Positions 1-9,233 of a stretch of 64,000 bases of DNA are shown one piece after another; position 1 is the first letter of the stretch; each line of letters starts with the position of its first letter. Both the position numbers and the translations under genes were made by a program. A model generated the notes under the pieces. It searched no databases, was not told where the DNA came from, and saw nothing but the letters and a program-made list of their open reading frames with translations. This stretch comes from an uncultured Chloroflexia bacterium (lineage in GTDB: Bacteria > Chloroflexota > Limnocylindria > Limnocylindrales > CSP1-4): positions 768,001 through 832,000 of the forward strand of contig CAWEZH010000002.1 in the NCBI GenBank assembly GCA_963813535.1, read 5' to 3'.

Positions 1-1559
1 CGGTAGCTTGACCGAGGCCCGATCGCGGAACACGAGCCGGATCGGCGTCCCGTGGAACCCGAACGTGTCGCGCAACCGGTTCTCGAGGTAGCGCCGGTAC
101 GAGAAGTGCACGGACGATGCATCCGAGGCGAAGAAGACGAAGGTCGGCGGCGAGATCGCCGCCTGCGTGGCATAGAACAGCTTGGGCCGCTTGCCACGGA
201 CGAGCGGTGGCGGGGTCCGGTCGGTCGCCGCCATGAGCATCCGGTTCAGCTCGCCGGTCGGGACACGCTTCCGCCGTTCGGCCCAGATGTCGACGGCCAG
301 CTCGAGCACGCGGCCGACGCGCTGCCCGGTCTTGGCGCTGATCGAGACGACCGGGGCGAACTCGAGGAACGGGGCGTCGTTGCGGATCCATTCGATGTAC
401 TGGTCGAACGTCTTGTCGGTCTTGTCCTCGACCAGGTCCCACTTGTTGACGGCCACGACCAGGCCCTTGCCCTCCTCCACGGCATAGCCGGCGACGTGGG
501 CGTCCTGGGCGGTCAGACCTTCGACCGCATCGATGACGAGGACGGCCACGTCCGCCCGAGACAGCGCGGTCAGGGCACGCATCGTCGAGTAGCGCTCGGC
601 GGCCGCACCGGACGCGACCTTGCCCCGACGACGGATGCCGGCGGTGTCGATGAGCACGACCTCGCTGCGGCCCCAGGCCAGACGGGTGTCGATCGCGTCG
701 CGGGTCGTGCCGGGGACCTCGGAGACGATCGTCCGCTCTTCGCCGAGGAGGGCGTTGAGAAGGCTGGACTTGCCGACATTCGGGCGCCCGACGAACGCGA
801 TGGCAGCGGGCGCGGTGTCGGCCTCCGCGGCGATCGCGGCGTCCCAGCGTGCCCCCTCGGCATCGGCGCTGGAGGAAGCCGCCCCGCCTCGGCGTCGCCG
901 TCAAGGTCCGCTTCGGGTTCGCCGACGACGAACGGCTCGAGCCGGCCCGCGGCGACCTCATCGGCCCACGCATCGGCCTCGGCCTCGCGCTGCTTTCGGG
1001 CGAGCTCCTCCTCGCTCTCCGGCGGCAGCGCCCAGACGATCGCGTCGAGCAGGTCGCCGGTCCCGCGACCATGCGATGCGGAGATGGGATACGTCTCGTC
1101 CCAACCGAGGGCATGGAACTCAGCGGCCTCGATCTCGCGCTTCTCGTTATCGGCCTTGTTGACTGCGACGATCACCGGTGCCGGGGCGCGGCGCAGCAGC
1201 TCGGCCGCCTCGAGATCGGCGGGCGTCATGCCGACCGCGGCATCGACGACGAACACGATCACGTCGGCCTCGGAGATGGCCAGCCGTGCCTGCTCCTGGA
1301 CACGCAGCTCGATCGGGTCGTCGGTATCGACCTCGAGCCCGCCGGTGTCGATCAGCACGAACCGCCGACCATTCCATTCCGCGTCGCCGTACAGCCGGTC
1401 CCGGGTCGTCCGGGCCCGGTCCTCGACGATCGCCGTGCGCGTGCCGATGACGCGGTTGAACAGCGTGCTCTTGCCGACGTTGGGCCGGCCGACGATGGCG
1501 ACGAGCGGGACCGCACCACCGAGGCGAGGGCGCCGCACGGCGCCGGTCCGGGACGCCAC
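1..1559 (-). CDS. der: Ribosome biogenesis GTPase Der/EngA; 1-nt frameshift at about 882-885 in the inter-domain linker; C-terminus runs off the window edge
   Basis: First G domain [20 protein letters not shown] lies in ORF 570..1559. The second G domain ([31 protein letters not shown]) and the C-terminal [22 protein letters not shown] read in a different frame downstream of about 882. Confidence 0.93.
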
Positions 1560-1564
1560 GGCGC

Positions 1565-2542
1565 TCAGGCCGCGCCAGACGCCGGCGTGGACGTGATGTG
1601 CGGGAGTGACGTCGTGCGACCGGCCGGAGTCGCGGCACGACCCAGTGCAGCCTCGGCGAGCTCCTCGGCCTTGGCGGCGACCTCGGGCGTGCCCGCCAGC
1701 TCGAGGATGCGTCGGGCGACGTCACGCAGGTCCTCGATCGGGGTCGATGTCCCGCCGGTCACGCCCACGACACGTGCCCCCTCGAACGCTGCAGCGTCGG
1801 TGAGGTCACGCTCGCCCTCGATCTGGAGCGCGTGCGTGCCGGCGATCTCGCAGAGACGCGTGAGCTCCTTGGTGTTCGCGCTCGATCGCCCGCCCACCAC
1901 CACCATGAGGTCGACCTCGGCGGCCGTTTCCATCGTGTCCTGCTGCCGCCGGATCGTGACCGGGCAGACCGTGTTGACGATCTTGAGCTCGTGGGCACGG
2001 GACACCATCAGGGCCGCGAGCTTCTCGAACTTCCACGGCGGCTGCGTCGACTGCGACAGCAGCGCCATCCGCTTCTTGCGCGGGATCGCGGCGTCCCACT
2101 CCTCTTCCTCGTCGACGACGATCGCGTCGGGCGCGAATCCCAGCAGGCCGACGACCTCAGGGTGCTTGGGCGTCCCGAGGACGACGATCGTGTAGCCCTC
2201 CTCGACGAGGCGGGCGAGCTCCTTCTGCTCCTGGATCACCCAGGTGCAGGTGCCGTCGATGACCTCGAGGCCGCGGGCCTCCGCGCGCTCCATGACGTCC
2301 GGCCGGACACCGTGCGCGCGGATGACCACCGCCGCACCGTGATCGACGTCGTCGAGCGTCTCGACGGTCTCGATGCCGAGGTCCTGCAGGTCCCGGACCA
2401 CGCCCTCGTTGTGGACGACCTGGCCGAGGGTATGCGTGGCCTTACCGGCGGCCGACGCCTCCTTGGCTTTGTCGATCGCCTCACGCACGCCATAACAGAA
2501 CCCGGTCCGCTTCGCGATGCGGACCTCTTGGACGGTACCCAC
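1565..2542 (-). CDS. ispH: 4-hydroxy-3-methylbut-2-enyl diphosphate reductase
   Basis: GFCYGV, VVHN, IRAHG, DGTC, HPEV, QST, NTVC and SSANT motifs. GTG start at 2542 lies 6 nt after GATAAT. Confidence 0.93.
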   Translation of the reverse strand: MGTVQEVRIAKRTGFCYGVREAIDKAKEASAAGKATHTLGQVVHNEGVVRDLQDLGIETVETLDDVDHGAAVVIRAHGVRPDVMERAEARGLEVIDGTCTWVIQEQKELARLVEEGYTIVVLGTPKHPEVVGLLGFAPDAIVVDEEEEWDAAIPRKKRMALLSQSTQPPWKFEKLAALMVSRAHELKIVNTVCPVTIRRQQDTMETAAEVDLMVVVGGRSSANTKELTRLCEIAGTHALQIEGERDLTDAAAFEGARVVGVTGGTSTPIEDLRDVARRILELAGTPEVAAKAEELAEAALGRAATPAGRTTSLPHITSTPASGAA

Positions 2543-2549
2543 GTCCCGA

Positions 2550-3290
2550 TTATCCCACGGGCTCCGGTTCGGCCACGCTGGCGGGGTTCGTCGCGTAGCG
2601 ACCCCGCTGACGTTCCGGTAGCAGCGCGGCGATGCGCCGCATGATGAGATCCGTGGCTGCCGACTTGGCCGCGCGGCGGTCGATGCCCGGTGGAAGCTCG
2701 TCGACGAGGCGGAACGGCGAACCGACACGGACGGTCACCCGACCGCCCGGATGCGGCAGCTTCTGGCCGCGTGGCCAGCGCTCATAGGAGCCACTGATGC
2801 CGATCGGCACGATCGGGGCACCGGTCCGCAGCGCGAGGACGGCGACACCATCGCGCCCCTGCCCGAGCGTGCCGTCGCGTGACCGCGTCCCTTCAGGGAA
2901 GACGAACAGCGCGTGCCCCTCCTCGAGGATCCGGGCAGCGAGACGGAAGGCCTCGACATCGGCACTCGAGCGGTCGACGGCGTGGACGCCGCCGTTCCGG
3001 GCGAGCCAGCCGATGACCGGCCAATCGAACAGCTCCTTCTTGCCGAGCCATTGGAGACGGCGGCCGAGCCTGGGCATGACGGTCGACCCGAGCACGGGCA
3101 CGTCGAGGTTCGAGCTGTGATTGGCGGCGATGATCACCGGTCCGGTGCGAGGGATCTCGTCCACGGCACCCTCGACCCGCACGCGCGTGAGACCGGCCAG
3201 ACCCACCCGGACGGCGCCCGCGAGTCCGGACATCCACGGTGCGATGTCCTCGAGGATCGGCGTCGCCTGGCGCCCCGGTTCGTCGGTCAT
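2550..3290 (-). CDS. plsC: 1-acyl-sn-glycerol-3-phosphate (lysophospholipid) acyltransferase
   Basis: NHSSNLD (HX4D) and FPEGTRS motifs; conserved cmk-plsC context. Confidence 0.88.
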   Translation of the reverse strand: MTDEPGRQATPILEDIAPWMSGLAGAVRVGLAGLTRVRVEGAVDEIPRTGPVIIAANHSSNLDVPVLGSTVMPRLGRRLQWLGKKELFDWPVIGWLARNGGVHAVDRSSADVEAFRLAARILEEGHALFVFPEGTRSRDGTLGQGRDGVAVLALRTGAPIVPIGISGSYERWPRGQKLPHPGGRVTVRVGSPFRLVDELPPGIDRRAAKSAATDLIMRRIAALLPERQRGRYATNPASVAEPEPVG

Positions 3291-3985
3291 GACGACGAGC
3301 GTGCCGGCTCCAGTCGCGCCTCCGCGTCCCGGATCGCCCCCGCGACCGCCTCGACGGTCTCCTCGAACGTGTTGCCGTCGGTCGTGATGATCCGGGCATC
3401 GGGCGGGATACGAAGCGGCGCCACGGCCCGGGTGCTGTCCAGGCGATCGCGCCGTCGCAGGGACTCGAGGATCGACTGCCCCTCGGGACCATCGAAATCG
3501 ATGCCGCGCTGCTCGGCGCGCCGGCGAGCACGCTCCTCGACCGAAGCGTCGAGGTAGATCTTGAGATCGGCGTCCGGCAGCACGATCGTGCCGATGTCGC
3601 GCCCGGCCATCACGATCCCGCCGCCATCGGCGAGCTCGCGCTGCCGGGCGAGGAGCGCCGTTCGGACCTCCGGCACCGCCGACACGGACGAGACGGCCGA
3701 CTCGACCGCCGGTGCCTCGATATCGGCCGTGTGATCGACGTCATCGATGCGGACGCTCGCGAGCTTGCCCGACTTGTCCTCGGCGATCCGGATGTCGTCG
3801 ACGAGATCGACCAGACCCTCGGGGTCATCGACCGACACGCCACGCCCCTCGGCGAGCCACGTCACGGCGCGGTACAGGAGCCCCGTATCGAAGAACCGAT
3901 AGCCGACGTCCTGGGCTGCGGCCGCGCCGACGCTGCTCTTGCCCGACGACCCCGGGCCATCGAGCGCCACCACCAACCGGTCCAT
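3287..3985 (-). CDS. cmk: Cytidylate kinase
   Basis: ALDGPGSSGKSS P-loop, DTGLLYRA, GRDIGT, RDRLDSTRAVAPL. ATG at 3985. Confidence 0.95.
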   Translation of the reverse strand: MDRLVVALDGPGSSGKSSVGAAAAQDVGYRFFDTGLLYRAVTWLAEGRGVSVDDPEGLVDLVDDIRIAEDKSGKLASVRIDDVDHTADIEAPAVESAVSSVSAVPEVRTALLARQRELADGGGIVMAGRDIGTIVLPDADLKIYLDASVEERARRRAEQRGIDFDGPEGQSILESLRRRDRLDSTRAVAPLRIPPDARIITTDGNTFEETVEAVAGAIRDAEARLEPARSSS

Positions 3986-4002
3986 GCTCCGAAGGATAGC
4001 CG

Positions 4003-4809
4003 TCAGCCCCGCCCCGACCCGGGCCGCGACGCTCGGGAGCGGCCGGCGCCCGCCGCGAGACCGCGGACCTCCGGCGCCTTGAGTGGTCGGACACCTCCGC
4101 TTCGGAGGCCATCGATCCGGACGGGGCCGATCCGAACGCGCGCGAGCCGGGCGACGGGCGCACCGACGGCGCCGAACATCCGCCGTAACTGGCGCTTCCA
4201 GCCCTGGGTCAGCGTGGCCCGGTACCAGACCAGGTCCGGCGGAGGCGGTCGTAGCAGCCCGACGAGCCGCTCCGTCTCGACAGCCGTCACCGGCCGTAGG
4301 CCGCCGAGCGTGGCCAGTCCCTCGTCGAGCTGGATGCCGGCTTGCAACGCCTCGACCTGGCCGTGATCGAGCGGCCGGTGGAGGCCCAACGCGTACTCCC
4401 GCTCGACGCCGTGGCGTGGATGGAGCACACGCTCGGCCCACTCCCCGTCGTTGGTGAGCACGAGCAGCCCCTCGCTGTCCTGGTCGAGCCGACCGACCGG
4501 GTACAGCCGGGCGCCGTCGGGCACGAGCGCCGTCGGGACCAGGTCCAGCACGGTCGTCGCCGCGTGACGGTCGCGCGTCGTCGACGTGACGCCCGGTGGC
4601 TTGTGCAGCAGCAGATAGGCGTGCGCCGCTGCCGCGCCGATGAGCCGGCCGTCGACGGCGATGACCGACCGCTCGGGATCGGCCTGTGTGCCGACCGTCG
4701 CGACCTTCCCATCGACCGTGACCCGACCCGCGGCGATCATCGACTCGGCGCCGCGTCGGGAGGCGACGCCCGCTGCGGCCAGGACCTTCTGGAGGCGCTC
4801 TGCGGGCAT
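4003..4809 (-). CDS. rluB: RsuA/RluB-family pseudouridine synthase
   Basis: S4 domain ERLQKVLAAAGVASRR, catalytic VGRLDQDSEGL; follows scpB. Confidence 0.9.
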   Translation of the reverse strand: MPAERLQKVLAAAGVASRRGAESMIAAGRVTVDGKVATVGTQADPERSVIAVDGRLIGAAAAHAYLLLHKPPGVTSTTRDRHAATTVLDLVPTALVPDGARLYPVGRLDQDSEGLLVLTNDGEWAERVLHPRHGVEREYALGLHRPLDHGQVEALQAGIQLDEGLATLGGLRPVTAVETERLVGLLRPPPPDLVWYRATLTQGWKRQLRRMFGAVGAPVARLARVRIGPVRIDGLRSGGVRPLKAPEVRGLAAGAGRSRASRPGSGRG

Positions 4810-5525
4810 CAGGCCTCGGTCGGAACGTCGTCCGTGAACAGCGGCTCGGTGAGCGGTTCGCCGCCCTCCTCGGCGAGGCGCGCGGCGACATCGACATCGA
4901 GCGGCGGCAGGTCGGCGAGGCTCGTCAGCCCGAAGCGTTCGAGGAACTCGAAGGCCGTCCCGTACAGGAACGGCCGGCCCGGTCCCTCCGACCGCCCCAG
5001 CTCGACGATCAATCGACGGTGCAGCAACGAACGGACCGTGTAGTCGGAGTCGACGCCGCGGATGCGCTCGATGGCCCCACGGGTGACGGGCTGGCGATAG
5101 GCGACGATCGCCAGGGTCTCGAGGCTCGCCGGGGACAGCCTGACCGCGTCCGCGCCCACGTACCGCGCCACCAGCGCACCAGCCTCCGACGCGGTCGCCA
5201 GCTCGACCCGGTCGCCATCGACGAGCAGGCGGATCCCGCGCTCGGCCAGGCTGACCTCGAGATCGCCGAGACGCTGGTCGACGGTGTCGCGGTCGACACC
5301 CGCGAGCGCCGCGATCTCGCGGCGGCTGAGCGGTCGCTCGGCCACGAAGAGCAGGCCCTCGAGGGCCGCCTCGGTCAGTTCCAGGGGCGGTCGATCCTCG
5401 AGGGAGGCGGATGGGGAGGCAGGCTCGTCCCGGCCATCCGGCTCGGGAGCGCCGAGTTCGAGGCCGTCCACGCCCAGGCCGTCCGCGCCCAGACCGTCCT
5501 GCCCAATGTCCCGCTCGTCGGTCAT
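4809..5525 (-). CDS. scpB: SMC-Scp complex subunit ScpB
   Basis: LEGLLFVA, LSPASLETLAIVAYRQPVTR..IERIRGV, GRPFLYGT..FLERFGL. Confidence 0.95.
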   Translation of the reverse strand: MTDERDIGQDGLGADGLGVDGLELGAPEPDGRDEPASPSASLEDRPPLELTEAALEGLLFVAERPLSRREIAALAGVDRDTVDQRLGDLEVSLAERGIRLLVDGDRVELATASEAGALVARYVGADAVRLSPASLETLAIVAYRQPVTRGAIERIRGVDSDYTVRSLLHRRLIVELGRSEGPGRPFLYGTAFEFLERFGLTSLADLPPLDVDVAARLAEEGGEPLTEPLFTDDVPTEA

Positions 5526-6397
5526 GCGAACGACTCCAGGCTCTCGTCAAGCGGCGCATCATCCGCCAGCTCGTCAGTCGCGCGGGCCACGATGGCGCCC
5601 CACGGCTCCGCCTGCTCGACGATGATCTCGCGCCGCTTCATCAGCTCCAGCATCGCCAGGAACGTGACGGCGACCACGACCCGGTCATGCACGTCTCGGA
5701 GCAGGTCCTGCAGGACGATCTCCGGCGCGTCGCGGAGTGCCGCGCGGATGATCGCGGCGCGCTCCGTCAGCGTCACCGTTCGCGGCATGACCTCGGGCGG
5801 TGGCTCCGGTGGCGGCACGATCAGGGCGAGATGCGTCAGCGAGTCGACGAGCCGCATCGGATCGATGGGGGGCGCGTCCGCCGGTCGCGCTCCTGCCAGG
5901 CCGGCCGCCCGCGCTGCGCCGGCCTCGCGACGAAACAGACCGATGCGTTCCAGTGCGTCATCGGCGAGTCGTCGTCCGGCGTCGCGGTGCGCCTGGTACA
6001 GCAGGAGTCGGGCGCGGAGCTCGGCCTCGGGGTCGAGTCCGTCGTCGCCATCGCCCTGACCCGTGGCGACGGCCGGCGGGCGCGGCAGCATCGCCCGGCT
6101 CTTGATCAGGATCAGCTGCGAGGCGACCGCAACGAACGCGCTGACGTTCCCGAGCCGGTCCGCCTCGAGGCTCGCGAGCGCCTCGAGGTACCCATCGGCC
6201 AGACTGCCCAGGGGCACCGTCAGCACATCGAGCTGACGCGCTTCGATGAGCGACAGGAGCAGACCGAGCGGCCCGTCGAACATCGCCAGTTGCACGTGCG
6301 TGGCGGTCTCGGGTCGTCGCCCCTCGCCGAATCGCACTGCTGGACCGTCCTCCCGCATCACCGGCACGCCGGGGGACCCGGTCAGCTCGGGCAGCAT
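5522..6397 (-). CDS. scpA: Segregation and condensation protein A (kleisin)
   Basis: FDGPLGLLLSLI, LILIKSRAMLP, VTFLAMLELMK..QAEPWG. ATG at 6397 overlaps the upstream stop. Confidence 0.93.
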   Translation of the reverse strand: MLPELTGSPGVPVMREDGPAVRFGEGRRPETATHVQLAMFDGPLGLLLSLIEARQLDVLTVPLGSLADGYLEALASLEADRLGNVSAFVAVASQLILIKSRAMLPRPPAVATGQGDGDDGLDPEAELRARLLLYQAHRDAGRRLADDALERIGLFRREAGAARAAGLAGARPADAPPIDPMRLVDSLTHLALIVPPPEPPPEVMPRTVTLTERAAIIRAALRDAPEIVLQDLLRDVHDRVVVAVTFLAMLELMKRREIIVEQAEPWGAIVARATDELADDAPLDESLESFA

Positions 6398-6897
6398 CAG
6401 TTCGCCTCGTCGGCGAGTTGGAGCGCTCGCCCGGCATCGGGATCGACCGGCGCGTCCTGGTGGCGGATCAGCTCGACGGTCCGTGCCGAACACCCTGCCT
6501 CGGCCGCCATCAGGGCGGACCTCTCCGCGTGGTCCCGCAGTCGGTCGAGCGCGGCGCGCCAGCCGGGGACCGCGCCTGCAAATCGCCAGATCCATCCACC
6601 GTAGCCCTGGCCGAGGCTGTACGCGACGCGCGGCCACACCCCCGTCGCACCCTTACCGGCATCGTGGAGCAGGCCGGCGAGGAGGACGTCCGTCTCGGTC
6701 ACGCCGTCGGCCTTGAGCGTGGCGGCCACGTCGAGTCCATGTCGTCGATCGGCGATGTGCATCCCGTCGAAGAGCGCGAGTTGTTCGGGGCTCAGCCAGC
6801 CAGCCAGTGCCGCCCGCTCGTCCGCCCCCACCCGGGCGCGGACGTGCGTTCGGAACTGGCGGACCTTAGATGCCCACCAGGACGCTGACGAATGCAT
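6397..6897 (-). CDS. HD-domain protein (putative metal-dependent phosphohydrolase); start uncertain
   Basis: H(RRHGL)...LLHDAGK...HAERSA...LADE pattern. Confidence 0.75.
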   Translation of the reverse strand: MHSSASWWASKVRQFRTHVRARVGADERAALAGWLSPEQLALFDGMHIADRRHGLDVAATLKADGVTETDVLLAGLLHDAGKGATGVWPRVAYSLGQGYGGWIWRFAGAVPGWRAALDRLRDHAERSALMAAEAGCSARTVELIRHQDAPVDPDAGRALQLADEAN

Positions 6898-7522
6898 CGA
6901 TGATCGGGATGAGGATGCGCCCGCCGATCGAGCCGCCGGGCGGCAGGAAGAAGACGATCAGCAACAGGATGAAGCCGTACTGCTCCAGGACCGGCCGCCA
7001 GCGCCAGGCGACCTGTGGCGGCAGGAAGGCGAACAACACCTTCGACCCGTCGAGCGGAGGGATCGGGAACAGGTTGAACACCATCAGCACGATGTTGATG
7101 TTCACGAAGATCAACAGGATGTAGATGACGATGAACGGGATCTGGTCGGCCAGCGACGGGTTCGCGAGGATGAACCGGAGCGGCAATGCCGCCGCGACTG
7201 CGAGGACCAGGTTCGACAGCGGGCCCGCGGCGGCGACGATCGCTTCCCCACGACGTCCTCCCTCGAGGTTGTTCGGGTTGACCGGCGTCGGTTTCGCCCA
7301 GCCGAAGGCGAAGCCCGAGCCGCTGATCAGGGTCACGGCCAGCAGGATGCCGCCCAGGGGGTCGAAGTGGACGATCGGGTTGAGGGTGAGCCGGCCCATG
7401 AACCGGGCGGTGCTGTCGCCGAGTCGATAGGCGGCCAGGGCATGGGCGAACTCATGCACCGGGAAGCCGACCAGCAGCATGATGGCGACGACGATGATCG
7501 ACGCCAGGAGTTCTTCAGACAC
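6866..7522 (-). CDS. Site-2 protease family (M50) membrane metallopeptidase
   Basis: HEFAH zinc motif, GRLTLNP, FGWAKP, AGPLSN, FNLFPIPPLDG; multiple TM segments. Confidence 0.93.
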   Translation of the reverse strand: MSEELLASIIVVAIMLLVGFPVHEFAHALAAYRLGDSTARFMGRLTLNPIVHFDPLGGILLAVTLISGSGFAFGWAKPTPVNPNNLEGGRRGEAIVAAAGPLSNLVLAVAAALPLRFILANPSLADQIPFIVIYILLIFVNINIVLMVFNLFPIPPLDGSKVLFAFLPPQVAWRWRPVLEQYGFILLLIVFFLPPGGSIGGRILIPIIDAFVSVLVGI

Positions 7523-7553
7523 GGGGTTCCTCTAGGGGTCCGCCGTATGGTAC
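7523..7553 (-). promoter_or_regulatory. Putative -10 box (TACCAT) with short leader and SD (GAGGA) for the S2P gene
   Basis: Minus strand reads TACCAT-ACGGCGGACCCCTA-GAGGA-ACCCC-GTG. Confidence 0.45.
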
Positions 7554-7572
7554 TGGCGCCATCGGCCGTGAG

Positions 7573-8301
7573 TCAGAGTCGCCCCATCAGGTCGGCCTTC
7601 TTGCGCTCGTACTCGTCGGCGCTGATCGCCCCGCGGTCACGCAGGTCGGCAAGACTGTTGAGCGTCCGCGTCACTTCGTCACGTGACAACGGAGCGGCCG
7701 GAGGTGGCGGCGGCAACGGCGTCGACACGGTCTCATCGGTCAACGGCTGCGCCGGCGCCGGGTCCGCTCTGAGGGGCGGGGTCGCCGCGAAATCCGCTCC
7801 GGAGATGTCGCGTTCGTACTCGTGCTTCGCATCGAGCATCGCGCGCTTGAACGCCACCGGCTGGACGAGCATCCGGAACTTGCTGATGCCCGACTCAGAC
7901 GCAGTCAGCACCTCCAGGTCGCCGAAGCCGAATATTCGCCCGAAGACCGACTGGGTGAGCACGACATCGTTCACCTTCTCAAGCGATGAGTCGGTGACCT
8001 TCTTGTTGAGGACGCCCTCGACCTGGATGACTCGCCGGTTGGTCAGCACGTATTCCTGGTTGATGTAGCGCAGGATCGTCCAGCCGAGCAGAAGCAGACC
8101 GCCGATGAAGAGGATGGCCGCGGCCCACCCGAGGATCTCCCTCCACGGCGACGACAGGTTGACCTGAAGGACCGCTGCGATACCGGCGATGATGATGGCC
8201 AGGATCGTGTAACGGGCACCCCACACGAACACGAACCAGTGCTGTTTCTCGCGATGCGTGATCCGCTCGCCGGTCGAAAGCAGCCCTTCGGAGTAACCCA
8301 T
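7573..8301 (-). CDS. Membrane protein with bacterial PH (bPH_2) domain and C-terminal SHOCT domain
   Basis: Two TM helices, YVLTNRRVIQVEGVL...QSVFGRIFGFGDLEV, C-terminal LADLRDRGAISADEYERKKADL; SD AGGAGG. Confidence 0.85.
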   Translation of the reverse strand: MGYSEGLLSTGERITHREKQHWFVFVWGARYTILAIIIAGIAAVLQVNLSSPWREILGWAAAILFIGGLLLLGWTILRYINQEYVLTNRRVIQVEGVLNKKVTDSSLEKVNDVVLTQSVFGRIFGFGDLEVLTASESGISKFRMLVQPVAFKRAMLDAKHEYERDISGADFAATPPLRADPAPAQPLTDETVSTPLPPPPPAAPLSRDEVTRTLNSLADLRDRGAISADEYERKKADLMGRL

Positions 8302-8321
8302 TCCTCGCGTGTCCCTCCTGG

Positions 8322-9233
8322 TCAGGCCCGCGGATGGGCCCGACGATAGACGTCCCTGATCCGCTCACCGGTCAGGTGCGTGTACAGCTGGGTCGTGGAG
8401 ATACTCGCATGCCCGAGCAACTCCTGGACCACGCGCAGGTCGGCACCGCCTTCGAGCAGATGGGTCGCGAACGAGTGCCGCAGCGTGTGCGGGCTGACCC
8501 TGGCTTCGAGACCGGCTCGCTGGGCTGCGGCGGTCACGGCCGCCCACGCCTGCTGCCGCGCGAGCCGCCGCCCGCGATCGCCGAGGAAGAGCGGCCCGCC
8601 ACGCACCGGCGCGACGTGATGCCGCGCGATGAGCACCTGGCGGGGGCCGTCCAGCCACGCGATGAGGTGGTCGATCGACACCTCGCCGATCGGCACGAGC
8701 CGCTCCTTGTCACCCTTCCCGATGACCCGCACGAACGCGCCGTCGAGCGAAAGGTCCTCGCGATCGAGCCCGATGCCCTCGCTGACGCGCAGGCCCGCGG
8801 CATAGAGCAGCTCGAGCAGGGCCCGGTCGCGAGCCCCACCGGCTGACGCCGCTTCCAGGAGCCGCTCGACCTCGGCCACGTCGAGCGTATCGGGCAGCCG
8901 CCGGCTCTGGCGCGGCAGGTCGAGGTGGGTGGCGACGTCGACATCGATCAACCCCTCGCCGAACGCGAAGCGGTAGAAGCCCTTGAGCGCGGCGGCCCGC
9001 CGTCGGAGGCTGGTCGGGGCCAGCGGCCGTTCGCCGGGCTCGCCGCGTCGGGTGCGCGCAGCCAGGTAGCGCACGGCCGGATCGGCGGAACGCGCCCAGG
9101 CGTCCTGCCCCTCGGGGAGGCTCCGCTCGAAGTCACGGAGGTCCGACCGATAGGCACGGATCGTCGCGGCGGCGAGGCCGCGTTCCACGTGCAGGTAGGC
9201 AAGGTAGTCCTCGATCGCGTGGTCGAGGTTCAC
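8322..9233 (-). CDS. xerD: Tyrosine recombinase XerD
   Basis: [71 protein letters not shown] at 9233 overlaps the recN stop. Confidence 0.9.
   Translation of the reverse strand: MNLDHAIEDYLAYLHVERGLAAATIRAYRSDLRDFERSLPEGQDAWARSADPAVRYLAARTRRGEPGERPLAPTSLRRRAAALKGFYRFAFGEGLIDVDVATHLDLPRQSRRLPDTLDVAEVERLLEAASAGGARDRALLELLYAAGLRVSEGIGLDREDLSLDGAFVRVIGKGDKERLVPIGEVSIDHLIAWLDGPRQVLIARHHVAPVRGGPLFLGDRGRRLARQQAWAAVTAAAQRAGLEARVSPHTLRHSFATHLLEGGADLRVVQELLGHASISTTQLYTHLTGERIRDVYRRAHPRA

Noticed and set aside
8322-9233. Tyrosine recombinases (also 51686..52669) as mobile-element integrases
   Set aside because: Both have XerC/XerD-type motifs ([14 protein letters not shown]) and housekeeping contexts; no att sites or cargo seen.
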